Positions 13,637 through 30,645 of a stretch of 64,000 bases of DNA are shown piece by piece (position 1 is the first letter of the stretch; every line of letters begins with the position of its first letter). This DNA is from Octopus vulgaris. Its lineage: Eukaryota. The stretch spans positions 62,001 to 126,000 of the forward strand of contig CATOCA020000007.1 of the NCBI GenBank assembly GCA_951406725.2, given 5' to 3'. Under the pieces are notes generated by a model, which saw only the letters and a list, made by a program, of their open reading frames with translations, was not told where the DNA came from and ran no database searches. The translations under genes and the position numbers were made by a program.

Positions 13637-13671
<35 letters not shown>

Positions 13672-13931
13672 CATATATATATACATACATACAAACACAC
13701 ATATATACATACACACACACACACATATACATATATATATACACACACACATACATACATTTATACATATTTGCTGTAATTTTTGCAGATTTAATAAAAT
13801 GTTTATAGTATGAAACAATTGTACTAAACTACCGATCTATCCTTGTTGCTTATTATTTGGTTTTAATCACCCCACAAAATTTTATGGGTAATACCATAAA
13901 AAATTCTAGTGATTCATTTGAATCTAAATTG

Positions 13932-16900
13932 TATATATATATGTGTATATATATATAAACACACATATATATATACACACATATATATATGTATATACAC
14001 ACACATATATATATATGTATGTGTATATATAATATATATATGTATGTGTATATACATACATACACATACATATATACATGTATGTATATACATACATGTA
14101 TATATACATGTATGTATATACATACATGTATGTATATACATACATACATGCATGTATATATATACATACATACATGCATGTATATATATACATACATACA
14201 TGCATGTATATATATACATACATACATGCATGTATATATATACATACATGTATGTATGTATGTATATATATACATACATGCATGCATATATATACATACA
14301 TGCATATATATACATACATACATACATATATATACATACATACATATATATACATACATACATACATATACATACATACATACATATACATACATACATA
14401 TATATACATACATACATATATATACATACATATACATACATACATATACATACATACATGTATGTATATATACATACATACATGTATGTATATATGTATA
14501 CATACATACATGTATGTATGTATACATACATACATGTATGTATACATACATACATACATGTATGTATGTATACATACATACATGTATGTATGTATACATA
14601 CATGTATGTATGTATACATACATACATACATGTATGTATGTATACATACATACATGTATGTATGTATGTATACATACATACATGTATGTATGTATGTATA
14701 CATACATATGTATGTATGTATGTATATATACATACATACATATATGTATATATACATACATACATGTATGTATATATACATACATATGTATGTATGTATG
14801 TATGTATACATACATACATGTATGTATGTATATATACATACATGTATGTATACATACATACATGTATATATACATACATACATGTATGTATGTATACATA
14901 CATACATACATGTATGTATGTATACATACATACATGTATGTATGTATACATACATACATACATGTATGTATGTATACATACATACATGTATGTATACATA
15001 CATACATATGTATGTATGTATGTATACATACATACATGTATGTATGTATACATACATACATGTATGTATGTATGTATACATACATACATGTATGTATGTA
15101 TACATACATGTATGTATGTATGTATACATACATGTATGTATACATACATACATGTATGTATACATACATGTATGTATACATACATACATACATGTATGTA
15201 TACATACATACATACACACATGTATGTATACATACATGTATGTATGTATACATACATACATGTATGTATACATACATACATACATACATGTATGTATACA
15301 TACATACATGTATACATACATACATACATGTATGTATACATACATACATGTATGTATACATACATATGTATGTATATACATACATGTATGTATGTATACA
15401 TACATACATGTATGTAATACATACATACATGTATGTATATATACATACATACATGTATGTATATATACATACATACATGTATGTATGTATACATACATAT
15501 GTATGTATACATATGTATGTATGTATGTATGTATACATGTATGTATACATACATACATGTATGTATGTATACATACATATGTATACATACGTATGTATAC
15601 ATACATACATGTATGTATATATGTATACATACATGTATGTATATATACATACATACATGTATGTATACATACATACATACATTTATGTATGTATGTATAC
15701 ATACATGTATGTATGTATATATATACATACATGTATGTATGTATATATACATACATGTATGTATATATACATACATGTATGTATATATACATACATGTAT
15801 GTATATATACATACATACATGTATGTATATATACATACATACATGTATGTATATGTATACATACATGTATGTATATATACATACATACATGTATGTATAT
15901 ATACATACATACATGTATGTATGTATACATACATGTATGTATGTATACATACATACATGTATGTATGTATACATACATGTATGTATGTATACATACATAC
16001 ATGTATGTATGTATACATACATACATGTATGTATACATACATACATGTATACATACATATCTATACATATCTATATACATACATACATGTATGTATACAT
16101 ACATACATGTATGTATGTATACATACATACATGTATGTATGTATACATACATGTATGTATACATATCATATATACATATATACATACATACATGTATGTA
16201 TGTATACATACATACATGTATGTATGTATACATACATACATGTATGTATGTATACATACATACATACATGTATGTATGTATACATACATGTATGTATGTA
16301 TACATACATGTATGTATGTATACATACATACATACATGTATGTATGTATATACATACATACATGTATGTATATATACATACATACATGTATGTATATATA
16401 CATACATACATGTATGTATATGTATACATACATACATATATGTATGTATGTATGTATGTATACATACATATGTATGTATACATACATGTATGTATATATA
16501 CATACATACATGTATGTATGTATACATACATACATGTATGTATGTATATATACATACATGTATGTATGTATATATACATACATGTATGTATGTATACATA
16601 CACTGTATGTATACATACATGTATGTATGTATATATACATACATACATGTATGTATGTATATGTACATACATACATGTATGTATGTATATATACATACAT
16701 ACATGTATGTATGTATATATACATACATACATACATGTATGTATGTATACATACATACATGTATGTATATATGTATACATACATGTATGTATGTATATAT
16801 ACATACATACATGTATGTATGTATACATACATACATGTATGTATACATACATACATGTATGTATACATACATACATGTATGTATACATACATACATGTAT

Positions 16901-18479
16901 GTATGCATACATACATGTATGTATACATACATACATGTATGTATACATACATACATACATGTATGTATGTATGTATACATACATGTATGTATGTATGTAT
17001 ACATACATGTATGTATGTATGTATACATACATGTATGTATACATACATACATGTATGTATACATACATACATACATGTATGTATACATACATACATACAT
17101 GTATGTATACATACATACATACATGTATGTATACATACATGTATGTATGTATACATACATACATGTATACATACATACATACATACATGTATACATACAT
17201 ACATACATACATACATACATACATGTATACATACATACATACATGTATGTATACATACATACATACATGTATGTATACATACATACATGTATGTATACAT
17301 GTATGTATGTATACATACATGTATGTATGTATACATACATACATGTATGTATGTATGTATACATGTATGTATGTATGTATACATGTATGTATGTATGTAT
17401 GTATGTATACATGTATGTATGTATACATACATGTATGTATGTATACATACATGTATGTATGTATACATACATGTATGTATGTATACATACATGTATGTAT
17501 ACATGTATACATACATGTATGTATACATACATACATACATGTATGTATACATACATACATACATGTATGTATGTATGTATACATACATGTATGTATGTAT
17601 ACATACATGTATGTATGTATACATACATGTATGTATATATACATACATGTATGTATATATACATACATACATGTATGTATATATACATACATACATGTAT
17701 GTATATATACATACATACATGTATGTATATATACATACATACATGTATGTATATATACATACATACATGTATGTATATATACATACATACATGTATGTAT
17801 ATATACATACATGTATGTATGTATACATACATACATACATGTATGTATGTATACATACATACATACATGTATGTATCTATACATACATACATACATGTAT
17901 GTATGTATACATACATACATACATGTATGTATGTATACATACATACATACATGTATGTATGTATATATACATACATACATGTATGTATGTATACATACAT
18001 ACATGTATGTATATATACATACATATATGTATATATACATACATATATGTATGTATACATACATACATACATGTATGTATGTATGTATACATACATACAT
18101 GTATGTATACATACATACATGTATGTATACATACATACATGTATGTATGTATGTATACATACATGTATGTATGTATGTATACATACATACATGTATGTAT
18201 ACATACATACATGTATGTATGTATGTATACATACATACATGTATGTATGTATGTATACATACATACATGTATGTATGTATGTATACATACATACATGTAT
18301 GTATGTATGTATACATACATACATGTATGTATGTATGTATACATACATGTATGTATGTATATATACATACATGTATGTATGTATACATACATACATGTAT
18401 GTATACATACATATGTATGTATACATACATGTATGTATGTATATATACATACAAGTATGTATGTATATATACATACATG

Positions 18480-18511
<32 letters not shown>

Positions 18512-21500
18512 TACATACATGTATGTATATACATACATGTATGTATATACATACATACATGCATGTATGTATACATACATACATGCATGTATATATATAC
18601 ATACATACATGCATGTATATATACATACATACATGTATGTATATATATACATACATGTATGTATACATACATGTATGTATACATACATGTATGTATGTAT
18701 ACATACATACATGTATGTATGTATATATACATACATACATGTATATATACATACATACATGTATGTATACATACATACATACATGTATGTATACATACAT
18801 ACATGTATGTATACATACATACATGTATGTATGTATGTATACATACATGTATGTATGTATACATACATGTATGTATGTATATGTATGTATGTATATATAC
18901 ATACATGTATGTATGTATACATACATGTATGTATGTATATATACATGTATGTATGTATATATACATACATACATACATGTATGTATACATACATACATGT
19001 AAGTATACATACATACATGTATGTATACATACATACATGTATGTATACATACATACATACATGTATGTATGTATACATACATACATGTGTATATATACAT
19101 ACATACATGTATGTATGTATACATATTACATACATACATGTATGTATGTATACATACATACATGTATGTATGTATACATACATGTATGTATGTATGTATA
19201 CATACATGTATGTATACATACATACATGTATGTATACATACATACATGTATGTATACATACATACATGTATGTATGTATACATACATGTATGTATGTATA
19301 CATACATGTATGTATGTACATATACATACATGTATGTATACATATATGTATGTATGTATACATATATGTATGTATACATATATGTATGTATACATACATA
19401 CATGTATGTATACATACATGTATGTATACATACATGTATGTATACATACATGTATGTATACATACATACATGTATGTATACATACATACATGTATGTATA
19501 GATATATGTATGTATGTATGTATACATACATACATGTATGTATGTATACATACATACATGTATGTATACATACATACATGTATGTATGTATACATACATG
19601 TATGTATGTATACATACATGTATGTATGTATACATACATGTATGTATGTATACATACATACATACATATATGTATACATACATGTATGTATGTATACATA
19701 CATACATACATGTATGTATATGTACATACATACACGTATGTATATGTACATACATACATGTATGTATATATACATACATGTATGTATACATACATACATG
19801 TATGTATACATACATACATGTATGTATGTATACATACATACATGTATGTATGTATACATACATGTATGTATGTATACATACATGTATGTATGTATACATA
19901 CATGTATGTATGTATACATACATACATGTATGTATGTATGTATACATACATGTATGTATGTATGTATACATACATGTATGTATGTATGTATACATACATG
20001 TATGTATGTATGTATACATACATACATGTATGTATGTATGTATACATACATGTATGTATGTATACATACATACATGTATGTATGTATATATACACACATG
20101 TATGTATGTATACATACATACATGTATGTATGTATACATACATGTATGTATGTATATATACATACATGTATGTATGTATATATACATACATGTATGTATG
20201 TATATATACATACATGTATGTATGTATATATACATACATGTATGTATATATACATACATACATGTATGTATACATACATACATGTGTGTATATATACATA
20301 CATACATGTATGTATGTATGTATACATACATACATACATGAATGTATGTATACATACATGTATGTATGTATGTATACATACATGTATGTATGTATACATA
20401 CATACATGTATGTATGTATACATACATACATACATACATGTATGTATGTATATATACACACATGTATGTATGTATATATACATACATGTATGTATGTATA
20501 CATACATCTATGTATGTATATATACATGTATGTATGTATATATACATACATGTATGTATGTATATATACATACATGTATGTATGTATATATACATACATG
20601 TATGTATATATACATACATACATGTATGTATACATACATACATGTATGTATACATACATACATGTGTGTATATATACATACATACATGTATGTATGTATG
20701 TATATATACATACATACATGTATGTATGTATATATACATACGTGTATGTATATATACATACATACATATATGTATATATACATACATACATATATGTATG
20801 TATATATACATACATACATGTATGTATGTATATATACATACATATATACATGTATGTATATATATATACATGTATGTATATATATATATACATGTATTTA
20901 TATATATATATACATGTATGTATATATATATATACATACATGTATGTATGTATATATATATACATACATGTATGTATGTATATATATATATATACATACA
21001 TGTATGTATGTATATATATATACATACATGTATGTATGTATATATATATACATACATGTATGTATGTATATATATATACATGTATGTATGTATGTATACA
21101 TACATGTATGTATGTATGTATACATACATGTATGTATGTATACATACATACATACATGTATGTATGTATATATACACACATGTATATATACATACATGTA
21201 TGTATGTATACATACATGTATGTATGTATATATACATACATGTATGTATGTATATATACATACATGTATGTATGCATATATACATACATGTATGTATGTA
21301 TATATACATACATGTATGTATATATACATACATACATGTATGTATACATACATACATGTGTGTATATATACATACATACATGTATGTATATATACATACA
21401 TACATGTATGTATGTATATATACATACGTGTATGTATATATACATACATACATATATGTATATATACATACATACATATATGTATGTATATATACATACA

Positions 21501-24500
21501 TACATGTATGTATGTATATACATACATATATACATGTATGTATATATATATACATGTATGTATATATATATATACATGTATTTATATATATATATACATG
21601 TATGTATATATATATATACATACATGTATGTATGTATATATATATACATACATGTATGTATGTATATATATATACATACATGTATGTATGTATATATATA
21701 TATATACATACATGTATGTATGTATATATATATACATACATGTATGTATGTATATATATATACATACATGTATGTATGTATATATATATACATACATGTA
21801 TGTATGTATATATATATACATACATGTATGTATGTATATATATATACATACATGTATGTATGTATATATATATACATACATGTATGTATGTATATATACC
21901 TACATACATGTATGTATATATATACATACATGTATGTATATATATATACATACATACATGTATGTATATATACATACATGTATATATATATACATACATG
22001 TATATATATATATATACATACATGTATATATATATATACATACATATGTATATATATATACATACATGTATATATATATACATACATGTATGTATGTATA
22101 TATATATATACATACATACATACATACATGTATGTATGTATATATATACATACATACATGTATGTATATATATACATACATGTATGTATATATATATATA
22201 TATATACATACATGTATGTATGTATATATACATACGTGTATGTATGTATATATACATACGTACATACATGCATGTATGTATATATACATACGTACATACA
22301 TGCATGTATGTATATATACGTACATACATACATGTATGTATGTATATATACATACATACATACATGTATGTATGTATATATACATACATACATGTATGTA
22401 TATATACATACATACATGTATGTATATATACATACATACATGTATGTATATATACATACATACATGTATGTATGTATGTATATATACATACATACATGTA
22501 TATATACATACATACATGTATGTATACATACATACATTTGTGTATATATACATACATGTATGTATGTATGTATACATACATACATGTATGTATGTATACA
22601 TACATACATACATGTATGTATGTATACATACATACATACATGTATGTATGTATACATACATGTATGTATGTATGTATACATACATGTATGTATGTATATA
22701 TACATACATACATGTATGTATATATATATACATATACATGTATGTATATATATATATACATACATGTATGTATATATATACATGTATGTATATATATATA
22801 TACATACATACATACATGTATGTGTATACATACATACATGTATGTATATATATATACATACATACATACATACATGTATGTATATATATATATACATACA
22901 TACATACATGTATGTATATAAATATACATACATGTATGTATATATATACATACATGTATGTATATACATACATGTATGTATGTACATGTATATATATATA
23001 CACATACATGTATGTATGTATGTATATATATATACACATACATGTATGTATGTATATATATATATACATGTATGTATGTATATATACATACATACATGTA
23101 TGTATATATACATACATACATGTATGTATATATACATACATACATGTATGTATATATACATACATGTATGTATATATACATACATACATGTATGTATATA
23201 TACATACATACATGTATGTATGTATATATACATACATACATGTATGTATGTATATATACATGTATGTATATATATACATACATGTATATGTATATATATA
23301 TACATGTATGTATATGTATATATACATACATGTATGTATGTATATATATATATACATACATGTATGTATGTATATATATATACATACATGTATGTATGTA
23401 TATATATATATATACATACATGTATGTATGTATATATATATACATACATGTATGTATGTATATATATACATACATGTATGTATGTATACATATACATACA
23501 TGTATGTATGTATATATACATACATGTATGTATATATATACATACATGTATGTATATATACATACATATATATATATATACATACATGTATATATATATA
23601 TATACATACATGTATATATATATATACATACATGTATGTATGTATATATATATATATATACATACATACATACATGTATGTATGTATATATATACATACA
23701 TACATGTATGTATATATATATACATACATGTATGTATATATATATATATACATACATATATGTATGTATATATACATACATACGTGTATGTATGTATATA
23801 TACATACGTATACGTACATGTATGTATATATACATACGTACATACATGTATGTATGTATATATACATACATACATGTATGTATGTATATATACATACACA
23901 TACATGTATGTATGTATATACATACATACATGTATGTATATATACATACATACTATGTATGTATATATACATACATACATGTATGTATATACATACATAC
24001 ATGTATGTATGTATACATACATACATGTATGTATGTATATATACATACATACATGTATGTATGTATATATACATATATGTATGTATGTATACATACATAC
24101 ATGTATGTATATATACATACATGTATGTATATATATATACATACATGTATGTATATATATATATATACATACATACATGTATGTATATATATATACATAC
24201 ATGTATGTATATATATATACATACATGTATGTATGTATATATATATACATACATGTATGTATGTATTTAAATATACATACATACATGTATGTATTTATAT
24301 ATACATACACACATGTATGTATGTATATATACATACATGTATGTATGTATATATACATACATGTATGTATATATACATACATGTATGTATGTATATATAC
24401 ATATATATACATACATACATGTATGTATGTATATATATATACGTACATGTATGTATGTATATATATATATATATACATACATGTATGTATACATACATAC

Positions 24501-24664
24501 ATGTATATACATATAATGTATGTATGTATACATGTATGTATATATACATACATGTATGTATGTATAATTGTATGTATATACATGTATGTATGTATACATA
24601 CATGTATGTATGTATATATACATACATGTATGTATGTATACATATATACATACATGTATGTATG
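13932..24664. repeat. ~10.7-kb alternating (TACA)n/(TGTA)n palindromic satellite
   Basis: TACA blocks flip to their reverse complement TGTA at CATG and (TA)n centres throughout. Confidence 0.97.
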
Positions 24665-24769
24665 NNNNNNNNNNNNNNNNNNNNNNNNNNNNNNNNNNNN
24701 NNNNNNNNNNNNNNNNNNNNNNNNNNNNNNNNNNNNNNNNNNNNNNNNNNNNNNNNNNNNNNNNAATAA

Positions 24770-24922
<153 letters not shown>

Positions 24923-24940
24923 TAATATTAATAATAATAA

Positions 24941-24972
<32 letters not shown>

Positions 24973-25021
24973 ATAATAAAATAATAATAATAAAAATAAT
25001 AATAATAATAATAAAAATAAT

Positions 25022-25065
<44 letters not shown>

Positions 25066-25074
25066 TAATAATAA

Positions 25075-25272
<198 letters not shown>

Positions 25273-25304
25273 TAATAATAATAAAAATAATAATAATAAT
25301 AATG

Positions 25305-25355
<51 letters not shown>

Positions 25356-25368
25356 TTAATAAAAATAA

Positions 25369-25414
<46 letters not shown>

Positions 25415-25423
25415 TTTAATAAA

Positions 25424-25521
<98 letters not shown>

Positions 25522-25553
25522 TAATAATAATAAAAATAATAATAATAATAATG

Positions 25554-25593
<40 letters not shown>

Positions 25594-25595
<2 letters not shown>

Positions 25596-26170
25596 GAGTT
25601 GGAACCTACATACATTGGAAGCTATGCCAACATTATGGAATAACAACAGAAAAAAGATGGTATAGGCACACACCAGAAAAGGTCACAGAAAACGAGAAAG
25701 CAACCATACTCTGGGATATGCCGATACACACAAATAGAGAAATTAAGGCCAACAGACCAGATATAGTTGTCAGAGATCATGAAGAAAAAAATGCTTTTTA
25801 ATTGATGTATCAATACCGGCAGATGACAACGTGTCTCTAAAAGAAATGGAGAAACTCTCAAAATACAAAGACCTGGAAATAGAGGTAACTAGAATGTGGA
25901 ATCTGAAAACAGAAACAATTCCTATCATAGTAGGTGCATTAGGCATGATAAAAAAATATTCAGACAAATACATAACAAAAACACCAGGACTTACAAACAC
26001 ATATAACATACAGAAAATTGCACTACTAGGCACTGCCCACATCCTACGCAGAACACTTTCCATACAATAACCATCAGAGCATCACAACAAATCACAGCAC
26101 ATACCCAAGGCACACAGAGCTGCGCTCGGTAGTGAAGTGAAAGCACGCTATAAAAATAAAAATAAAACTA

Positions 26171-26173
<3 letters not shown>
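25594..26173 (+). mobile_element. 5'-truncated R4/Dong-like element, family D2 (RLE domain + 3'UTR)
   Basis: RVGTYIHWKLC...ILWDMPIHTNREIKANRPDIVV / IDVSIPADDNVSLKEMEKLSKYKDL...AHILRRTLSIQ*, with a frameshift in an A7 run at ~25790. Confidence 0.92.
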
Positions 26174-26204
<31 letters not shown>

Positions 26205-26220
26205 TTGATAATAAAAATAA

Positions 26221-26291
<71 letters not shown>

Positions 26292-26299
26292 TTAATAAA

Positions 26300-26334
<35 letters not shown>

Positions 26335-26402
26335 GAATAATAATAATAAAAATAAACATAATAATAATAAAAATAATAATAATAATAATGATAATAATAA
26401 TA

Positions 26403-26444
<42 letters not shown>

Positions 26445-26457
26445 TTAATAAAAATAA

Positions 26458-26522
<65 letters not shown>

Positions 26523-26530
26523 TTAATAAA

Positions 26531-26607
<77 letters not shown>

Positions 26608-26651
26608 TAATAATAAAAATAATAATAATAAAAATAATAATAATAATAATG

Positions 26652-26706
<55 letters not shown>

Positions 26707-26718
26707 TAATAAAAATAA

Positions 26719-26771
<53 letters not shown>

Positions 26772-26779
26772 TTAATAAA

Positions 26780-26819
<40 letters not shown>

Positions 26820-26829
26820 TAATAAAAAT

Positions 26830-27010
<181 letters not shown>

Positions 27011-27018
27011 TTAATAAA

Positions 27019-27074
<56 letters not shown>

Positions 27075-27106
27075 TAATAATAATAAAAATAATAATAATA
27101 ATAATG

Positions 27107-27152
<46 letters not shown>

Positions 27153-27164
27153 TAATAAAAATAA

Positions 27165-27266
<102 letters not shown>

Positions 27267-27267
27267 T

Positions 27268-27361
<94 letters not shown>

Positions 27362-27410
27362 TAATAATAATAATATTAATAATAATAATAATAATAATAA
27401 AAATAATAAA

Positions 27411-27543
<133 letters not shown>

Positions 27544-27611
27544 TTAAAAATAATAAAAATAATAATAATAATAATAATAATAATAATTAATAATAATAAT
27601 AATAATATTAA

Positions 27612-27642
<31 letters not shown>

Positions 27643-28021
27643 ATGGAAGCTGAAGACTAAAACAATACCTGTTGTCATAGGTGCCCTGGGAATGATAGCA
27701 AAAGGGGCTGATAGCTACCTAACTCAGATACCAGGAAACACAAAAATGGCAGAAGTTCAAAAGATAGTGCTCATTGGAACTGCTCATATCCTACGCAAAA
27801 TACTCTCTATGTAATCTCAAGGTTTAAAACAAACATAATTTTCGGTTTAAAAAAAAAAACTTTATTTTTTTTAGACATTCATTTGTACAACATCCCCACC
27901 CCCCAAATATATGGCACACTAGGCATAACAACAACATGAACTTCCAACCCTGTTGTCTCTTGAGGTCTCTGGGTGAGACTTGGAGCCAACTTGTACAAAT
28001 ATAAAGCAAAAGTCAAACATA

Positions 28022-28022
<1 letters not shown>
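27643..28022 (+). mobile_element. 5'-truncated R4/Dong-like element, family D3
   Basis: WKLKTKTIPVVIGALGMIAKG...VQKIVLIGTAHILRKILSM* plus a 3'UTR distinct from D1 and D2. Confidence 0.9.
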
Positions 28023-28057
<35 letters not shown>

Positions 28058-28069
28058 TAATAAAAATAA

Positions 28070-28151
<82 letters not shown>

Positions 28152-28198
28152 AATAATTAATAATAATAATAAAATAATAATAATAAAAATAATAATAA

Positions 28199-28229
<31 letters not shown>

Positions 28230-28243
28230 AGTAATAATAATAA

Positions 28244-28274
<31 letters not shown>

Positions 28275-28326
28275 AATAATGATAAAAATAATAATAATAA
28301 TGATAATAAAAATAATAATAATAAAG

Positions 28327-28366
<40 letters not shown>

Positions 28367-28370
28367 TAAA

Positions 28371-28459
<89 letters not shown>

Positions 28460-28474
28460 TGATAATAAAAATAA

Positions 28475-28573
<99 letters not shown>

Positions 28574-28638
28574 TAATAAAAATAATAATAATAAAAATAA
28601 TAATAGTAATAATAATGATAATAAAAATAATAATAATA

Positions 28639-28719
<81 letters not shown>

Positions 28720-28734
28720 TAATAATAATAATAA

Positions 28735-28838
<104 letters not shown>

Positions 28839-28871
28839 ATAATAAAATAATAATAATAAAAATAATAATAA

Positions 28872-28931
<60 letters not shown>

Positions 28932-28982
28932 TAATAATAATAATAATAAAAATAATAATAATATAATTAATAATAATAATAA

Positions 28983-29127
<145 letters not shown>

Positions 29128-29159
29128 TAATAATAATAAAAATAATAATAATAATAATG

Positions 29160-29210
<51 letters not shown>

Positions 29211-29223
29211 TTAATAAAAATAA

Positions 29224-29272
<49 letters not shown>

Positions 29273-29281
29273 TTTAATAAA

Positions 29282-29376
<95 letters not shown>

Positions 29377-29408
29377 TAATAATAATAAAAATAATAATAA
29401 TAATAATG

Positions 29409-29442
<34 letters not shown>

Positions 29443-29444
<2 letters not shown>

Positions 29445-30019
29445 GAGTTGGAACCTACATACATTGGAAGCTATGCCAACATTATGGAATAACAACAGAA
29501 AAAAGATGGTATAGGCACACACCAGAAAAGGTCACAGAAAACGAGAAAGCAACCATACTCTGGGATATGCCGATACACACAGATAGAGAAATTAAGGCCA
29601 ACAGACCAGATATAGTTGTCAGAGATCATGAAGAAAAAAATGCTTTTTAATTGATGTATCAATACCGGCAGATGACAACGTGTCTCTAAAAGAAATGGAG
29701 AAACTCTCAAAATACAAAGACCTGGAAATAGAGGTAACTAGAATGTGGAATCTGAAAACAGAAACAATTCCTATCATAGTAGGTGCATTAGGCATGATAA
29801 AAAAATATTCAGACAAATACATAACAAAAACACCAGGACTTACAAACACATATAACATACAGAAAATTGCACTACTAGGCACTGCCCACATCCTACGCAG
29901 AACACTTTCCATACAATAACCATCAGAGCATCACAACAAATCACAGCACATACCCAAGGCACACAGAGCTGCGCTCGGTAGTGAAGTGAAAGCACGCTAT
30001 AAAAATAAAAATAAAACTA

Positions 30020-30022
<3 letters not shown>
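29443..30022 (+). mobile_element. Second, near-identical copy of the truncated D2 element
   Basis: Same truncation point and same A7 frameshift as 25594-26173, offset 3849 bp. Confidence 0.92.
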
Positions 30023-30053
<31 letters not shown>

Positions 30054-30080
30054 TTGATAATAAAAATAATAATAATAAAA

Positions 30081-30138
<58 letters not shown>

Positions 30139-30146
30139 TTAATAAA

Positions 30147-30178
<32 letters not shown>

Positions 30179-30184
30179 GAATAA

Positions 30185-30249
<65 letters not shown>

Positions 30250-30273
30250 TTAATAAAAATAATAATAATAATG

Positions 30274-30319
<46 letters not shown>

Positions 30320-30362
30320 TAATAATAATAAAAATAATAATAATAATAATGATAATAATAAT

Positions 30363-30442
<80 letters not shown>

Positions 30443-30444
30443 TT

Positions 30445-30525
<81 letters not shown>

Positions 30526-30555
30526 TAATAATAATAATATTAATAATAATAATAA

Positions 30556-30627
<72 letters not shown>

Positions 30628-30645
30628 TAATAATAATAATAATAA

